Source: a candidate division WWE3 bacterium (GTDB taxonomy: Bacteria; Patescibacteriota; 4484-211; GCA-002791395). From it: a stretch of 64,000 nucleotides of DNA. Position numbers and translations under genes: made by a program. The notes below the pieces were generated by a model, which was given only the letters and a program-made list of their open reading frames with translations, ran no database searches and was not told where the DNA came from. The DNA is taken from the NCBI GenBank assembly GCA_013335095.1, contig JAAXWF010000001.1, forward strand, positions 86,797 to 150,796, given 5' to 3'. Shown here piece by piece: positions 9,163-18,193 of the stretch (its first letter is position 1; the number at the start of each line of letters is the position of its first letter).

Positions 9163-9219
9163 ATACGTAGAAAACTTTTTAATATGTTGGTAAATACAGA
9201 AGATAATAATGGCTCCGCG
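9163..9219. repeat. 57-bp perfect direct repeat copy 1 (contains the last 10 nt of tRNA-Asn plus 47 nt of its 3' flank): att-like junction
   Basis: It is identical to 12678-12734. It ends with tggctccgcg, which is the reverse complement of the tRNA-Asn 3' end including CCA. Confidence 0.8.
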
Positions 9220-9307
9220 TGATAGACGAAGTTAGAACTCTTTTAAGCACCGGCGACCCTAGGGATCGGACTTGAGTTTGATAGTTAGATAGCAGTATAA
9301 TTTTGGT

Positions 9308-9934
9308 ATGCGTTTGAAAGAAAACCGTGGAGACGTTAGCTTAGCCTTAATAATAGTTGTAGTAGTCCTTGTTTTGGGAGCAGGTGCATACTTATTCTTT
9401 AATGGAAGCCTTATAGATGGAAATGAAGTTACTCCTACACCAACAACCACTACCAACACCCCATCTCCCACAGTAAATAGCAATATGAAGCCCTACACTC
9501 AAGCTGGGGTAGATTTTAGTATTCCCACAGATTGGTATATTGCTAGTTTCTCCACAGACTCGCATCTATTTCTATATAGTTTTCCAGAGGATAAATCCAA
9601 TCCTGCACTCACATATGATAGTGTGCATCCCGCCCCTCAAGGAGAAGCTAAATTTGAGATACTAAATCGGTCAAAATCAAGCTCGATTGCTCTCGAAGAA
9701 TGGCTAAAAACTAGGGCGGATAATTATGACTATTTTGGGGATAGAAACTACTCAATATTTGAAAAAATCGAGATCGGAAATACATCAGGTTTCAAATTAG
9801 TTAGTAGCATGTCCAGCCAGCCTTTCTACGTTTTCCAAAATGGCTCAGGAGATAAGTACTTCATAATCTCAGGTAACGAAGATAGCGTATACAAACAGAC
9901 TCTAGAACAGCTTGTTTCTTCTGTAAAAGCTTAA
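9308..9934 (+). CDS. membrane-anchored secreted protein (signal anchor, Thr/Pro linker, globular domain)
   Basis: LALIIVVVVLVLGAGAYLF is followed by TPTPTTTTNTPSPT. The architecture parallels the 498-1223 protein but lacks the pilin G-F-x-x-x-E motif. Confidence 0.55.
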   Translation: MRLKENRGDVSLALIIVVVVLVLGAGAYLFFNGSLIDGNEVTPTPTTTTNTPSPTVNSNMKPYTQAGVDFSIPTDWYIASFSTDSHLFLYSFPEDKSNPALTYDSVHPAPQGEAKFEILNRSKSSSIALEEWLKTRADNYDYFGDRNYSIFEKIEIGNTSGFKLVSSMSSQPFYVFQNGSGDKYFIISGNEDSVYKQTLEQLVSSVKA

Positions 9935-10035
9935 GTAATTAATCTGTATTCTATATCATTGACTATAATCTGTTTATAGGTTAAGAAGATTAAGCGTAGT
10001 AGCAATCGGCATATTCACAATGGAAGAGGTGTATT

Positions 10036-12558
10036 ATGCGGGCATCGTATCGCAGGCGGTGGCAGCTGCTGTTTATACTCATGCTACTTTCTGCATGGGT
10101 ACCTTCAGCTGCACAGGCAACGGATCCTCCATCAAAGAGTTTTCGGTTTCCATGGACTGCTGGAGTGCCGTGGGTCTTCACAGGAGGGCCTCATGTTAGT
10201 GGCACTGGCAACACCATTCGCTCAGCTCTAGATTTTCAACCTAAAAACCAGGATCCCCGGGTACGCGCGGCGGATGGTGGAACTGTACTAAGCACGGATG
10301 ATGGTACTGGCAACATGTACATCGATCATGGAGGCGGATGGGTAACTTTTTACGCGCACATGGACAGCTTTACTGTCTCGGCTGGGAACCACGTCGATCG
10401 AGGCGATGTGGTTGGAGTGGCGGGTAGCAAAGGTACGAATAACATCCATTTGCACTTTGGCGTTCGTTACAACAGTCAGTGGCTAGAAATCGCTGGAGGT
10501 GGGGTCGATTTAGAAGGGTGGACGGTCGTAAAAGAGCCTGCAGTGTACTACGGATACCTCAAGAAAGGTTCCGCTCAGGTCTCAGCATGTTATGACTGTA
10601 CTCCCCTCCCTACTTTTGCGTCTGCGGAGTCGGATCCAGAGCAGGGTTACCCACGGTTAGACAGCACGGTGGAGCTTAGTCCCAATCCCGTAGTGGGGCA
10701 GGCTAACTTTTACCTGAGCTTCTGGCTGAAGAATGGCGGTGGTTCTGATTTTAGTGTCGGCGATGTAGTTATCTCTGGCACTTCGGCCAGCGGAGCGGCA
10801 TGGGATGCAGGTTGGAGTGGCACTCAAGTTATCGCTGCTGGTGATCGTAGATCGTTTCAACTCATCGGCACGGCGTATAACAATGACTTCGGAACGTGGT
10901 TGATTAAGAAGGAGATCAAGGTTAGAAGATCAGGATCTAACTCTTGGTACACGGCCTTACTGGGAAACTTCCCGTTCCCTGCAAGCTTCACTCACTCAGA
11001 TCCGACAGTACCACCTGTTCTAACGACCAACGTCCAGAACAGTCCAAGCAATCTGTGGGCTGGCGGTGAGCTGCAGTTCGCTTTCACTTTACAAAACCCT
11101 GGCTCAAGTGATTTTGATATCGAGGAGATCTTTATCAAAACCACTACTCCAGGCGGCGCGGAGTGGAAGTTTAACGCAACTCCAACTATCATCCCAGCAG
11201 GTCAGAGTCGTGACTTCGTGGCAAAGGCATCACTACCCAACGACTCACATGGCTGGTGGAACGTTACCAAGCGGATCGAGGTGAAAAAGCGTGGTGGTGG
11301 CTGGTACGGCATTGAGCAAGGACCGCATGCTTTCGCAGCAGAGTTCTATGTCAATCCGTACGACAGCACGGGACCAACGGTGTCCTTAACCCATCCCGTG
11401 GACAACTACTTCTACACCTACGAGATTCTGGCTACAGCCACTGCCTCAGATCAACAATCTGGGATCAAGCAGGTTGAGTTTCTCTTTAAGCTTGGTAACA
11501 CCTGGCAGACGCTGTGGGTCGACACGGATGGCACCGACGGATATAGCTTCAACTTCCCAGGGAACAGCTATGGCCCGCAATCTGATCTGTGGATTCTGGC
11601 CTATGCGGTTAACAACTCAGGAGTGCGAACGCAATCAGGTGCGGCGCGGTGGATAACCAACGTGGATACACAGAACCCTTCGGTGAGTGTCTACGGACCA
11701 TCGAGCGGCCAATCGTTTTCGGGTGACTACATCGACGTGTATGCTAATGCCAGCGATAACGTAGGAGTCGATCGTGTTACCTTCTACCTCGGCTATCCAG
11801 GCGGCGGCCCCGTCCCGATAACAGATGCCAATCCTGCTGACGGGTGGTCTGCTCGATTCGATATCCGTGACCTGCCCAATATGACCGGCATGTACGTCAA
11901 TGCCCATGCCTTTGACGCGAAGAACAACCGAGGCGATTCAGGCGCCATTAGCAGCTTGTCAATTGCTCGGTCGTGTCCTTGCTTCGAAGGTATTCGCACA
12001 GGGCAGGGATTTGGCAACACGATTGATGCTGTCTTAAACGTCCCGACCTCAGCAAACTGGGTAAACTTGTACCTGACCCCGCAAGGGCAAGGATTCAGAG
12101 GTGCTGGTGCTGTAAAGGGAGCTGACGGTAAGTGGCGAGCATCATGGAATGTGAGTGATTTGCCGGAAGGTGCAATACTCATGCTGGATGGTTGGATTGG
12201 TTATCCAAATGGCCAACAGCAGACACCAGTACTTACCGGTATGAAGATCGATCGGACAAATCCGACGATGCACCTTACGGGTCCAGGGTCTGGAGCGATC
12301 TTCAACAACACGGTTACGGTGACGGCTTCTGCAGAGGATCCGAACAACGGTAGCGGGGTCGAGAAGGTGGTATTCTACTTCGCATGGCCAGGGAATAGTC
12401 TCCCGGCAATTGTTGACTCGGACGGAAGTAACGGGTGGCAAGCGACCTTTGACACCTCAACGCTCGGACCGGGGAGCTACCGTCTCGATGCGTGGGTATA
12501 CGATAAAGCTGGAAAAGGAAGTCCATCACCTGAGGTCTGGTGGATAACTAAGAACTAG
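10036..12558 (+). CDS. secreted M23/LytM-family metallopeptidase with three C-terminal Ig-like (Big-type) domains
   Basis: The M23 core is HMDSFTVSAGNHVDRGDVVGVAGSKGTNNIHLHFGVRY, preceded by a signal peptide. Three repeated ~90-aa modules each contain ...P(S/T)(V/M)...G...SDxxSG(I/V)(K/E)xVxF(Y/L)... The region is visibly GC-rich. Confidence 0.8.
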   Translation: MRASYRRRWQLLFILMLLSAWVPSAAQATDPPSKSFRFPWTAGVPWVFTGGPHVSGTGNTIRSALDFQPKNQDPRVRAADGGTVLSTDDGTGNMYIDHGGGWVTFYAHMDSFTVSAGNHVDRGDVVGVAGSKGTNNIHLHFGVRYNSQWLEIAGGGVDLEGWTVVKEPAVYYGYLKKGSAQVSACYDCTPLPTFASAESDPEQGYPRLDSTVELSPNPVVGQANFYLSFWLKNGGGSDFSVGDVVISGTSASGAAWDAGWSGTQVIAAGDRRSFQLIGTAYNNDFGTWLIKKEIKVRRSGSNSWYTALLGNFPFPASFTHSDPTVPPVLTTNVQNSPSNLWAGGELQFAFTLQNPGSSDFDIEEIFIKTTTPGGAEWKFNATPTIIPAGQSRDFVAKASLPNDSHGWWNVTKRIEVKKRGGGWYGIEQGPHAFAAEFYVNPYDSTGPTVSLTHPVDNYFYTYEILATATASDQQSGIKQVEFLFKLGNTWQTLWVDTDGTDGYSFNFPGNSYGPQSDLWILAYAVNNSGVRTQSGAARWITNVDTQNPSVSVYGPSSGQSFSGDYIDVYANASDNVGVDRVTFYLGYPGGGPVPITDANPADGWSARFDIRDLPNMTGMYVNAHAFDAKNNRGDSGAISSLSIARSCPCFEGIRTGQGFGNTIDAVLNVPTSANWVNLYLTPQGQGFRGAGAVKGADGKWRASWNVSDLPEGAILMLDGWIGYPNGQQQTPVLTGMKIDRTNPTMHLTGPGSGAIFNNTVTVTASAEDPNNGSGVEKVVFYFAWPGNSLPAIVDSDGSNGWQATFDTSTLGPGSYRLDAWVYDKAGKGSPSPEVWWITKN

Positions 12559-12567
12559 ACCTACAGT

Positions 12568-12602
12568 GCGCTGATGATAGACCCCATCAGCGCTTTTTTA
12601 TT
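12568..12602 (+). terminator. rho-independent terminator after the M23 peptidase gene
   Basis: Hairpin gcgctgatg-atagacccc-catcagcgc followed by ttttttatttc. Confidence 0.6.
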
Positions 12603-12677
12603 TCTTGATAACCAATTTTCAATCATACAATTAAGTTAGTACTATTCAACATACACATGGATGGCAAAAAACTTTAT

Positions 12678-12734
12678 ATACGTAGAAAACTTTTTAATAT
12701 GTTGGTAAATACAGAAGATAATAATGGCTCCGCG
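12678..12734. repeat. 57-bp direct repeat copy 2 (overlaps the 3' end of intact tRNA-Asn)
   Basis: Identical to 9163-9219. Confidence 0.8.
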
Positions 12735-12800
12735 GGTAGGGCTCGAACCTACGACATCCTCGTTAACAGCGAGGCGCTCTACCGACTGAGCTACCGCGGA
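12725..12800 (-). tRNA. tRNA-Asn (anticodon GTT)
   Basis: The reverse complement folds as a cloverleaf: TCCGCGG acceptor stem, anticodon loop CTGTTAA, T-loop GGTTCGAGCC, and a 3' CCA. It closely resembles E. coli tRNA-Asn. Confidence 0.9.
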
Positions 12801-12946
12801 TCATTGAGAACAAAAACACTACTAAGTAGCGTCACGGGTATTGTATCACTCAAATGAAAGGCCTATCAAGGCGCTATGGCTACCAAACAAAAAAGGCCGG
12901 AAGGAAAACCCTCCGGCCCAATATTTACACCTTTTATTTTTTTAAA

Positions 12947-13474
12947 CTAACGCATCTTCTGCCGAATCCACGCGATAACCTCGCCCGGCACATCGCTCTC
13001 GGCATCGCATTCGAACGCATGTCCGAGCAATTCGCGGGCAATCGCAAGATCAAGCTCCATGCCATGCCCGACATCACCAACAACAAGCCCGGTCTCCGGA
13101 TCGCTAAACCGATATGCCGTAACAGTCGCATGGGACAGCCCCTTGGCATTGGGCTCACCCCATGTAATCTCCGGCTGAATCACCAGATACCCACGCATTG
13201 GCAAATAGCCATGCAATACATGGATACCATTGAACACCGGGTTACTGCTCACCCGATCACCAATACGGATTTGGTTGCGATGAACTGCAATCCAGTATTC
13301 GCCGACCATGATATCGGTTCGACGAGCTGCGACACCACGTTCACCACGCACAATCACTTCGCCGTGATGATACGACTGGATTAAGCTAGTCACGTCACCC
13401 GAGTGAAACCCGACAACCCGAAAAGTAGGACCCTCTAGCTGCACAGAATCCTGCGCTCCAACTGACGCGACCAT
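12947..13474 (-). CDS. hypothetical protein (GC-rich block)
   Basis: A 175-aa ORF with protein-like composition. The overlapping plus-strand ORF 12854-13384 is judged to be antisense. Confidence 0.45.
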   Translation of the reverse strand: MVASVGAQDSVQLEGPTFRVVGFHSGDVTSLIQSYHHGEVIVRGERGVAARRTDIMVGEYWIAVHRNQIRIGDRVSSNPVFNGIHVLHGYLPMRGYLVIQPEITWGEPNAKGLSHATVTAYRFSDPETGLVVGDVGHGMELDLAIARELLGHAFECDAESDVPGEVIAWIRQKMR

Positions 13475-13549
13475 AAAGCGCCTCCTGACTCATGGCCTAT
13501 AAAGCATCTCAATTATAAAATGAAAAAACAAAAGAATCAAACTATAGGA

Positions 13550-13768
13550 TTAGTAACCTAAATCGGTGCCTAATTGATTTGCTTTACGCTCTTCTAACTG
13601 AGTGAAAAAATCAGTCCGCAACGCCCCATCAAACGGTAATAACTGCTCTGGAGGCAATGCAATCGGCGTAGTATCAGCCTGGGTATGCATAACCTGAAAA
13701 ATAATAATTGCGACTAAGAAGACGCCTGTCGCAATCGATAAAATAAAGTAACGACTCTTTCCTTTCAT
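13550..13768 (-). CDS. small membrane protein, last gene of the pilN-pilO operon
   Basis: A single TM helix. Its start overlaps the upstream stop by 4 nt. Confidence 0.4.
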   Translation of the reverse strand: MKGKSRYFILSIATGVFLVAIIIFQVMHTQADTTPIALPPEQLLPFDGALRTDFFTQLEERKANQLGTDLGY

Positions 13769-14427
13769 TGTACGGTAGAACCTCCTTCATCAAAATAATA
13801 AAATGAACCTTCAACGACCAGCGTTAACTCTGAAGTTAAGTTACCACCATTATCCGAAGAATCTAGATTAATTGAAAGGGTATCAATCTTTGCGATACGT
13901 GGCATATTCTCCAAACGCTGAACAAAACCACGAACACCTGTATAATCTCCCATCAACTTTAAAGTAAACCCTAACGTCTTTTCACTACCCTTAGTTTTCG
14001 TTGTCGTAGTTGCAGTACTTTGCGACGATGTCGAACGAGTTTCGGTACGTGCAGATGCAATGCCACCGTAATCTAATGATTCAACGGTTAAATTATTCGT
14101 AGCAATCGCTAAATCGAGCTCATTAACAAAATTAACAGCTCGTCGGTCTCGCGGCACCGCGTTATCTGCTAACACCTGATTCGTGGTCTGTTGAGCTAAT
14201 GTCTGCTTGGCCTGTTCGATGGCAGCGACTTTTAGCTTTAATGCTTCTTCATTTTGGCGTGCTGTAGCAATCGCGGTCTGAGCACTCATCGCTCCACGAA
14301 AAGCCGGAACAAACCCAAGCCCAAACAACACCACAATCCACAATGCGGTAACACCAATACCAACATATCGTTGGCGCGGGTTCACACTTAACAATTCATC
14401 TCGGTAGCGATTTACGTATCCGTTCAT
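13765..14427 (-). CDS. pilO: type IV pilus assembly protein PilO-like
   Basis: N-terminal TM helix, a coiled-coil segment (ARQNEEALKLKVAAIEQAKQTLAQQ), then a C-terminal domain. Translationally coupled to pilN. Confidence 0.55.
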   Translation of the reverse strand: MNGYVNRYRDELLSVNPRQRYVGIGVTALWIVVLFGLGFVPAFRGAMSAQTAIATARQNEEALKLKVAAIEQAKQTLAQQTTNQVLADNAVPRDRRAVNFVNELDLAIATNNLTVESLDYGGIASARTETRSTSSQSTATTTTKTKGSEKTLGFTLKLMGDYTGVRGFVQRLENMPRIAKIDTLSINLDSSDNGGNLTSELTLVVEGSFYYFDEGGSTVQ

Positions 14428-15026
14428 TTCAAATTAATATCAAACGCAAACACGACCTGATCGGTCTGAAAATCATCGTTGGCATCCTGGGTTAAATTAC
14501 GTTCAACCTTTTTAAGTGTAACTGATTCCACTAAACTATGCTGTTCGAGAGACTTTTGCCATTGATTCACCGACAAATAATCATTGGTGAGTCCTTCAAC
14601 CGACATAACACCTTTTTCAATCGTTAAGCTTATTAAATTCGCTGGCTCGGGAATAGTTTGTTCAATCATTGCGAGCAGTTGATTACGTTCTTTATACCCA
14701 TCGAGCAATCCACCGATCGAAGAAAACTGTGATCGAACACTATCAAAGCTGGCAATAAACGCTTTATTTGATGCAACAACAGCCTGGTTATCCCGGATTG
14801 ATTTATTAATTTGTGAAAGCTGATATTCATTGAACCAACGGTACGCAAAAGCGCCAAGGACGGCAATATACGTGATAAATAAAAGATAAATTCCAGTTTG
14901 GAAGAACCAGAATACATATGGATTTTCAACGGTCTGCTTTAGCTCAGCTGACGGAATAAAGTTAATACCATTATTCTGTTGGGGCATGGTACTTACAGAG
15001 TAACACCGATCATAAAGCCGAGTCAA
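14424..15026 (-). CDS. pilN: type IV pilus assembly protein PilN
   Basis: Carries the conserved N-terminal INFIP (INLLP-like) motif followed by a TM helix. Confidence 0.65.
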   Translation of the reverse strand: MTRLYDRCYSVSTMPQQNNGINFIPSAELKQTVENPYVFWFFQTGIYLLFITYIAVLGAFAYRWFNEYQLSQINKSIRDNQAVVASNKAFIASFDSVRSQFSSIGGLLDGYKERNQLLAMIEQTIPEPANLISLTIEKGVMSVEGLTNDYLSVNQWQKSLEQHSLVESVTLKKVERNLTQDANDDFQTDQVVFAFDINLK

Positions 15027-15035
15027 GAAAAAAAA

Positions 15036-17573
15036 TTAATCAGATGAAGAGTTCGATAAATCAAACAGACTCACCTGCTGAGCCTTAACCGGTGCAATTA
15101 AACGAGCCTGGTGCGTAACATCTTTAAACACTTGTTCGGCTCTTTTAATCACATTTTTCGGAAGACCGGCAAACTTCGCCACTTGAATACCATAACTCTG
15201 TTGAGTTTTTCCGCGCTTTACTCGATACAAAAAGATTACATCATGACCTTCTTCGGCTACAGCTAAATGATAATTCACAACACCTGGATACATGGCTTCG
15301 AGTTCGGTTAACTCAAGATAATGCGTAGCAAACATAACCTTGGCATTACTCTGTTCAATCAGAAACTCAGAGATTGCCCAAGCGATTGATAATCCATCAT
15401 ACGTACTGGTACCACGTCCAACTTCATCCAAAATAACCAAGCTGCGATCGGTAACATTGTTTAAGATCGATGCAGTCTCGACCATTTCGACCATGAACGT
15501 CGAGAGTCCTTGGGCTAAATCATCCATCGCACCAATCCGCGTATGGATTTGATCAATAATACTAAGATTCATTGCCTGAGCGGGGACAAATGAACCCATC
15601 TGAGCCATGATTACCAGTAATGCGACCTGACGAATATACGTACTTTTACCAGCCATATTGGCTCCGGTCAAAACCATCAATCGCTCATCAGGGTTTAAAT
15701 TGATTGAGTTCGCAACAAACTGTGCATTCAAAATCCCTTCAATCACGGGGTGACGACCTTCTTCGATATGAAGCATATCTTCATCGATAAACAGGGGGCG
15801 GACATATCCTCGCTCACGCGCAACGCTCCCGAGTGAATTGAGTACATCAACCAAGGCCATCAGTGAAGCGACACGCTGATAGATCGTGACATCTTGCAAT
15901 ACCGTTGATACCACATTTCGGTATAACGAAAGCTCAAGCTGGACTGATTTTCCCTCTGAATCGAGCACCTGGTCTTCGTACTCTTTAAGGTCCGGAATTA
16001 TAAAACGTTCGGCATTGGCTAATGTTTGTCGACGAATATAATTATCGGGAACTTTTGATAACTGACTTTTCGAGATTTCAATGTAATATCCAAACACTTT
16101 GTTATAGCTAATCTTTAGATTTGAGATTCCAGTACGTTCTCGCTCACGCTGTTCTATCTGAACAAGAAACTGTTTCCCGCCATGACTGATCTGTCTTAAT
16201 CGATCAAGTTCAGCATTATAACCATCGCGAATATATCCCCCATCGGCAAATTGCAGTGGTGGTTCATCGACAATCGAATCTGAAATTAATCCACGAATCG
16301 CGCTGACCTGCTGCCAATTAATCTCGTTTAACGAATGAGTGATAATGTGCGGTAATTCAAGCTGACACAACATCGAATTAAGCATTTCGGCTTGCTCTAG
16401 GGTAGATCTAATACCAACTAAATCTCTAGGCGTGCCAATATTAATCGACAAACGACTCACATTCCGCTCGACATCAGACACCCGACGCAAAAGTGCTATT
16501 AGATTGGTGCTGAATTCAGTCTGATCTTTTATCCACGAGACCCCATCCAATCGATGATTAATTCGTTCAGGATTTAGAAGAGGTCGCAGCATCCACATCT
16601 TTAATAATCGAGCTCCCATCGACGTATTAGTCCGGTTTAGCACACCAAATAATGAAACATCATCGACACCGGTTCTCAGTGACGAAAATAATTCAAGATT
16701 TCGAATTGTTTGACCCGATAATGTTAAAAAGCCCTCGGGCAAGATTAACTGTGGCGGACGAATAAATCCAATCTCAGTTTTTTGAGTAGTACGGATATAA
16801 TCGAGCGCAGTCGCAAGTGCTACGACTCCAGCAGGTTTATCGTGCAAGCCATAGGCTTCGAGATTCAAAATACGATAATGAGTACGTACCATTTCCTGTG
16901 CATCCGTAAGTTTTGCATACGGTGTTTCATATCGAAACGGCATGGCCCCATTCCGGTGTAACACCCGTGGCCACTCCGAATCGTCATACCATTCAGGAGA
17001 TAGGAGAATTTCGGCAGGCTGGAAACGATTAATATATTCGATAATAATTCGCATCACTGATTCGGCATCGGATGCCTGTGACAATGATTCGGCCGCAACC
17101 AAGACTTCGCCAACTGATGCGGATAATAAGCAGATACCGAGAGACTTCCCGACAACGGAGAAAGTCATTAAATACGCAGTATTATTCGCCGTTTCATTTT
17201 CCTGGATTAATGTACTTGGAGTAACAACACGAATGACCTCTCGCTCTACAATAGTCTTGCCTTTTTGTGGTTCGGTCATTTGTTCAGCTATCGCAACTTT
17301 ATAACCACTCTTAACAAGTCGATTTAAATAACCTTCGGCGGCATGATACGGCACACCGGCCATTGGAGTTGCATTCGGTCCTTTATCACGAGACGTTAAA
17401 GTGATTCCCAAAATGCGGGCAGCAATTTCGGCGTCTTCTAAAAACATCTCATAAAAGTCTCCCATTCGGAAGAATAATATGGCATCCGGATGCTGTGCCT
17501 TGGCCTTCATATATTGTTGCATCATTGGGGTTAGCGATTCAGACGAATCAGACATAGAAGCATTATAAGGCAA
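15036..17573 (-). CDS. mutS: DNA mismatch repair protein MutS
   Basis: N-terminal TPMMQQYMKAKAQHPDAILFFRMGDFYEMF; Walker A GANMAGKSTY; about 845 aa. Confidence 0.95.
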   Translation of the reverse strand: MPYNASMSDSSESLTPMMQQYMKAKAQHPDAILFFRMGDFYEMFLEDAEIAARILGITLTSRDKGPNATPMAGVPYHAAEGYLNRLVKSGYKVAIAEQMTEPQKGKTIVEREVIRVVTPSTLIQENETANNTAYLMTFSVVGKSLGICLLSASVGEVLVAAESLSQASDAESVMRIIIEYINRFQPAEILLSPEWYDDSEWPRVLHRNGAMPFRYETPYAKLTDAQEMVRTHYRILNLEAYGLHDKPAGVVALATALDYIRTTQKTEIGFIRPPQLILPEGFLTLSGQTIRNLELFSSLRTGVDDVSLFGVLNRTNTSMGARLLKMWMLRPLLNPERINHRLDGVSWIKDQTEFSTNLIALLRRVSDVERNVSRLSINIGTPRDLVGIRSTLEQAEMLNSMLCQLELPHIITHSLNEINWQQVSAIRGLISDSIVDEPPLQFADGGYIRDGYNAELDRLRQISHGGKQFLVQIEQRERERTGISNLKISYNKVFGYYIEISKSQLSKVPDNYIRRQTLANAERFIIPDLKEYEDQVLDSEGKSVQLELSLYRNVVSTVLQDVTIYQRVASLMALVDVLNSLGSVARERGYVRPLFIDEDMLHIEEGRHPVIEGILNAQFVANSINLNPDERLMVLTGANMAGKSTYIRQVALLVIMAQMGSFVPAQAMNLSIIDQIHTRIGAMDDLAQGLSTFMVEMVETASILNNVTDRSLVILDEVGRGTSTYDGLSIAWAISEFLIEQSNAKVMFATHYLELTELEAMYPGVVNYHLAVAEEGHDVIFLYRVKRGKTQQSYGIQVAKFAGLPKNVIKRAEQVFKDVTHQARLIAPVKAQQVSLFDLSNSSSD

Positions 17574-17606
17574 CGAGGGAGGATGTGCTCCCCCGCTGCC
17601 CTGATC

Positions 17607-18086
17607 TTAGGCGATGTACACCACGAGAAACGGCGGCAGATTATGAGTGATCGACCAAATAATTGATTCGGTCGATAGGATCAAGATGCCGGCAACACCG
17701 ACCGACATACACATGGCCAGAATGCCCCAACCAATCAGCTGGAAATCCGCAATGGTTCGATTTGCCGACCGAGGGAGGACAAACCCCGGTGGGTTTGGCG
17801 GGAACAAACCTCGGTTTTGAAGTACCCGAATGCTGGTCATGGTCATGATGATTCCGACAATGCCAAGAATCAGCCGAACACCACACCACAGGATCCAGAA
17901 CCAACGTTGATCAACGCGATACAGCTGATCAACAGCATCGAGGATGTCGACCAAGAAGATCAATCCGATCAGATACGTACACCAAAGTAGGATGTACATA
18001 CAGATCATAAAGATTCCCCCTCCAATCCACGTTAAAAAGAAGAGCCAGAGCACTCGCTCCTCTTTTCCCGAAACTGGTACCGACAT
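17607..18086 (-). CDS. hypothetical integral membrane protein
   Basis: Four predicted TM helices. Confidence 0.45.
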   Translation of the reverse strand: MSVPVSGKEERVLWLFFLTWIGGGIFMICMYILLWCTYLIGLIFLVDILDAVDQLYRVDQRWFWILWCGVRLILGIVGIIMTMTSIRVLQNRGLFPPNPPGFVLPRSANRTIADFQLIGWGILAMCMSVGVAGILILSTESIIWSITHNLPPFLVVYIA

Positions 18087-18193
18087 TGCGTTACCTCCTT
18101 AAACGAAACACTCCGTTGCCACATCGGACATGATAATTATGCATAACGGTAAAAGCCCCATCTATATCTTTATTAATGCCGTATACTTGGTGT

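Noticed and set aside
9308-9934. Type IV pilin call for the 208-aa membrane-anchored protein
   Set aside because: It has a hydrophobic N-terminus but no G-F-x-x-x-E prepilin cleavage motif. It is called a signal-anchored protein instead.
10657-12529. Short minus-strand ORFs inside the M23 peptidase gene, and similar antisense ORFs inside mutS, the helicase and the 1413-aa gene
   Set aside because: They are antisense frames within long, well-supported genes and have no independent support.
4859-12677. Integrase or recombinase gene for the tRNA-Asn island
   Set aside because: None of the ORFs in either segment shows tyrosine-recombinase (R..H..R..Y) or serine-recombinase features. Their absence is noted rather than forced.
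12657-12857. ORF 12657-12857(+) of 66 aa
   Set aside because: It overlaps tRNA-Asn on the opposite strand and the att-like repeat. It is an artefact.
12854-13384. Plus-strand ORF antisense to 12947-13474
   Set aside because: Only one of the two long frames in GC-rich DNA can be real. The plus frame is Arg/His/Pro-rich, typical of antisense frames in GC-rich genes, so the minus frame was kept at modest confidence.
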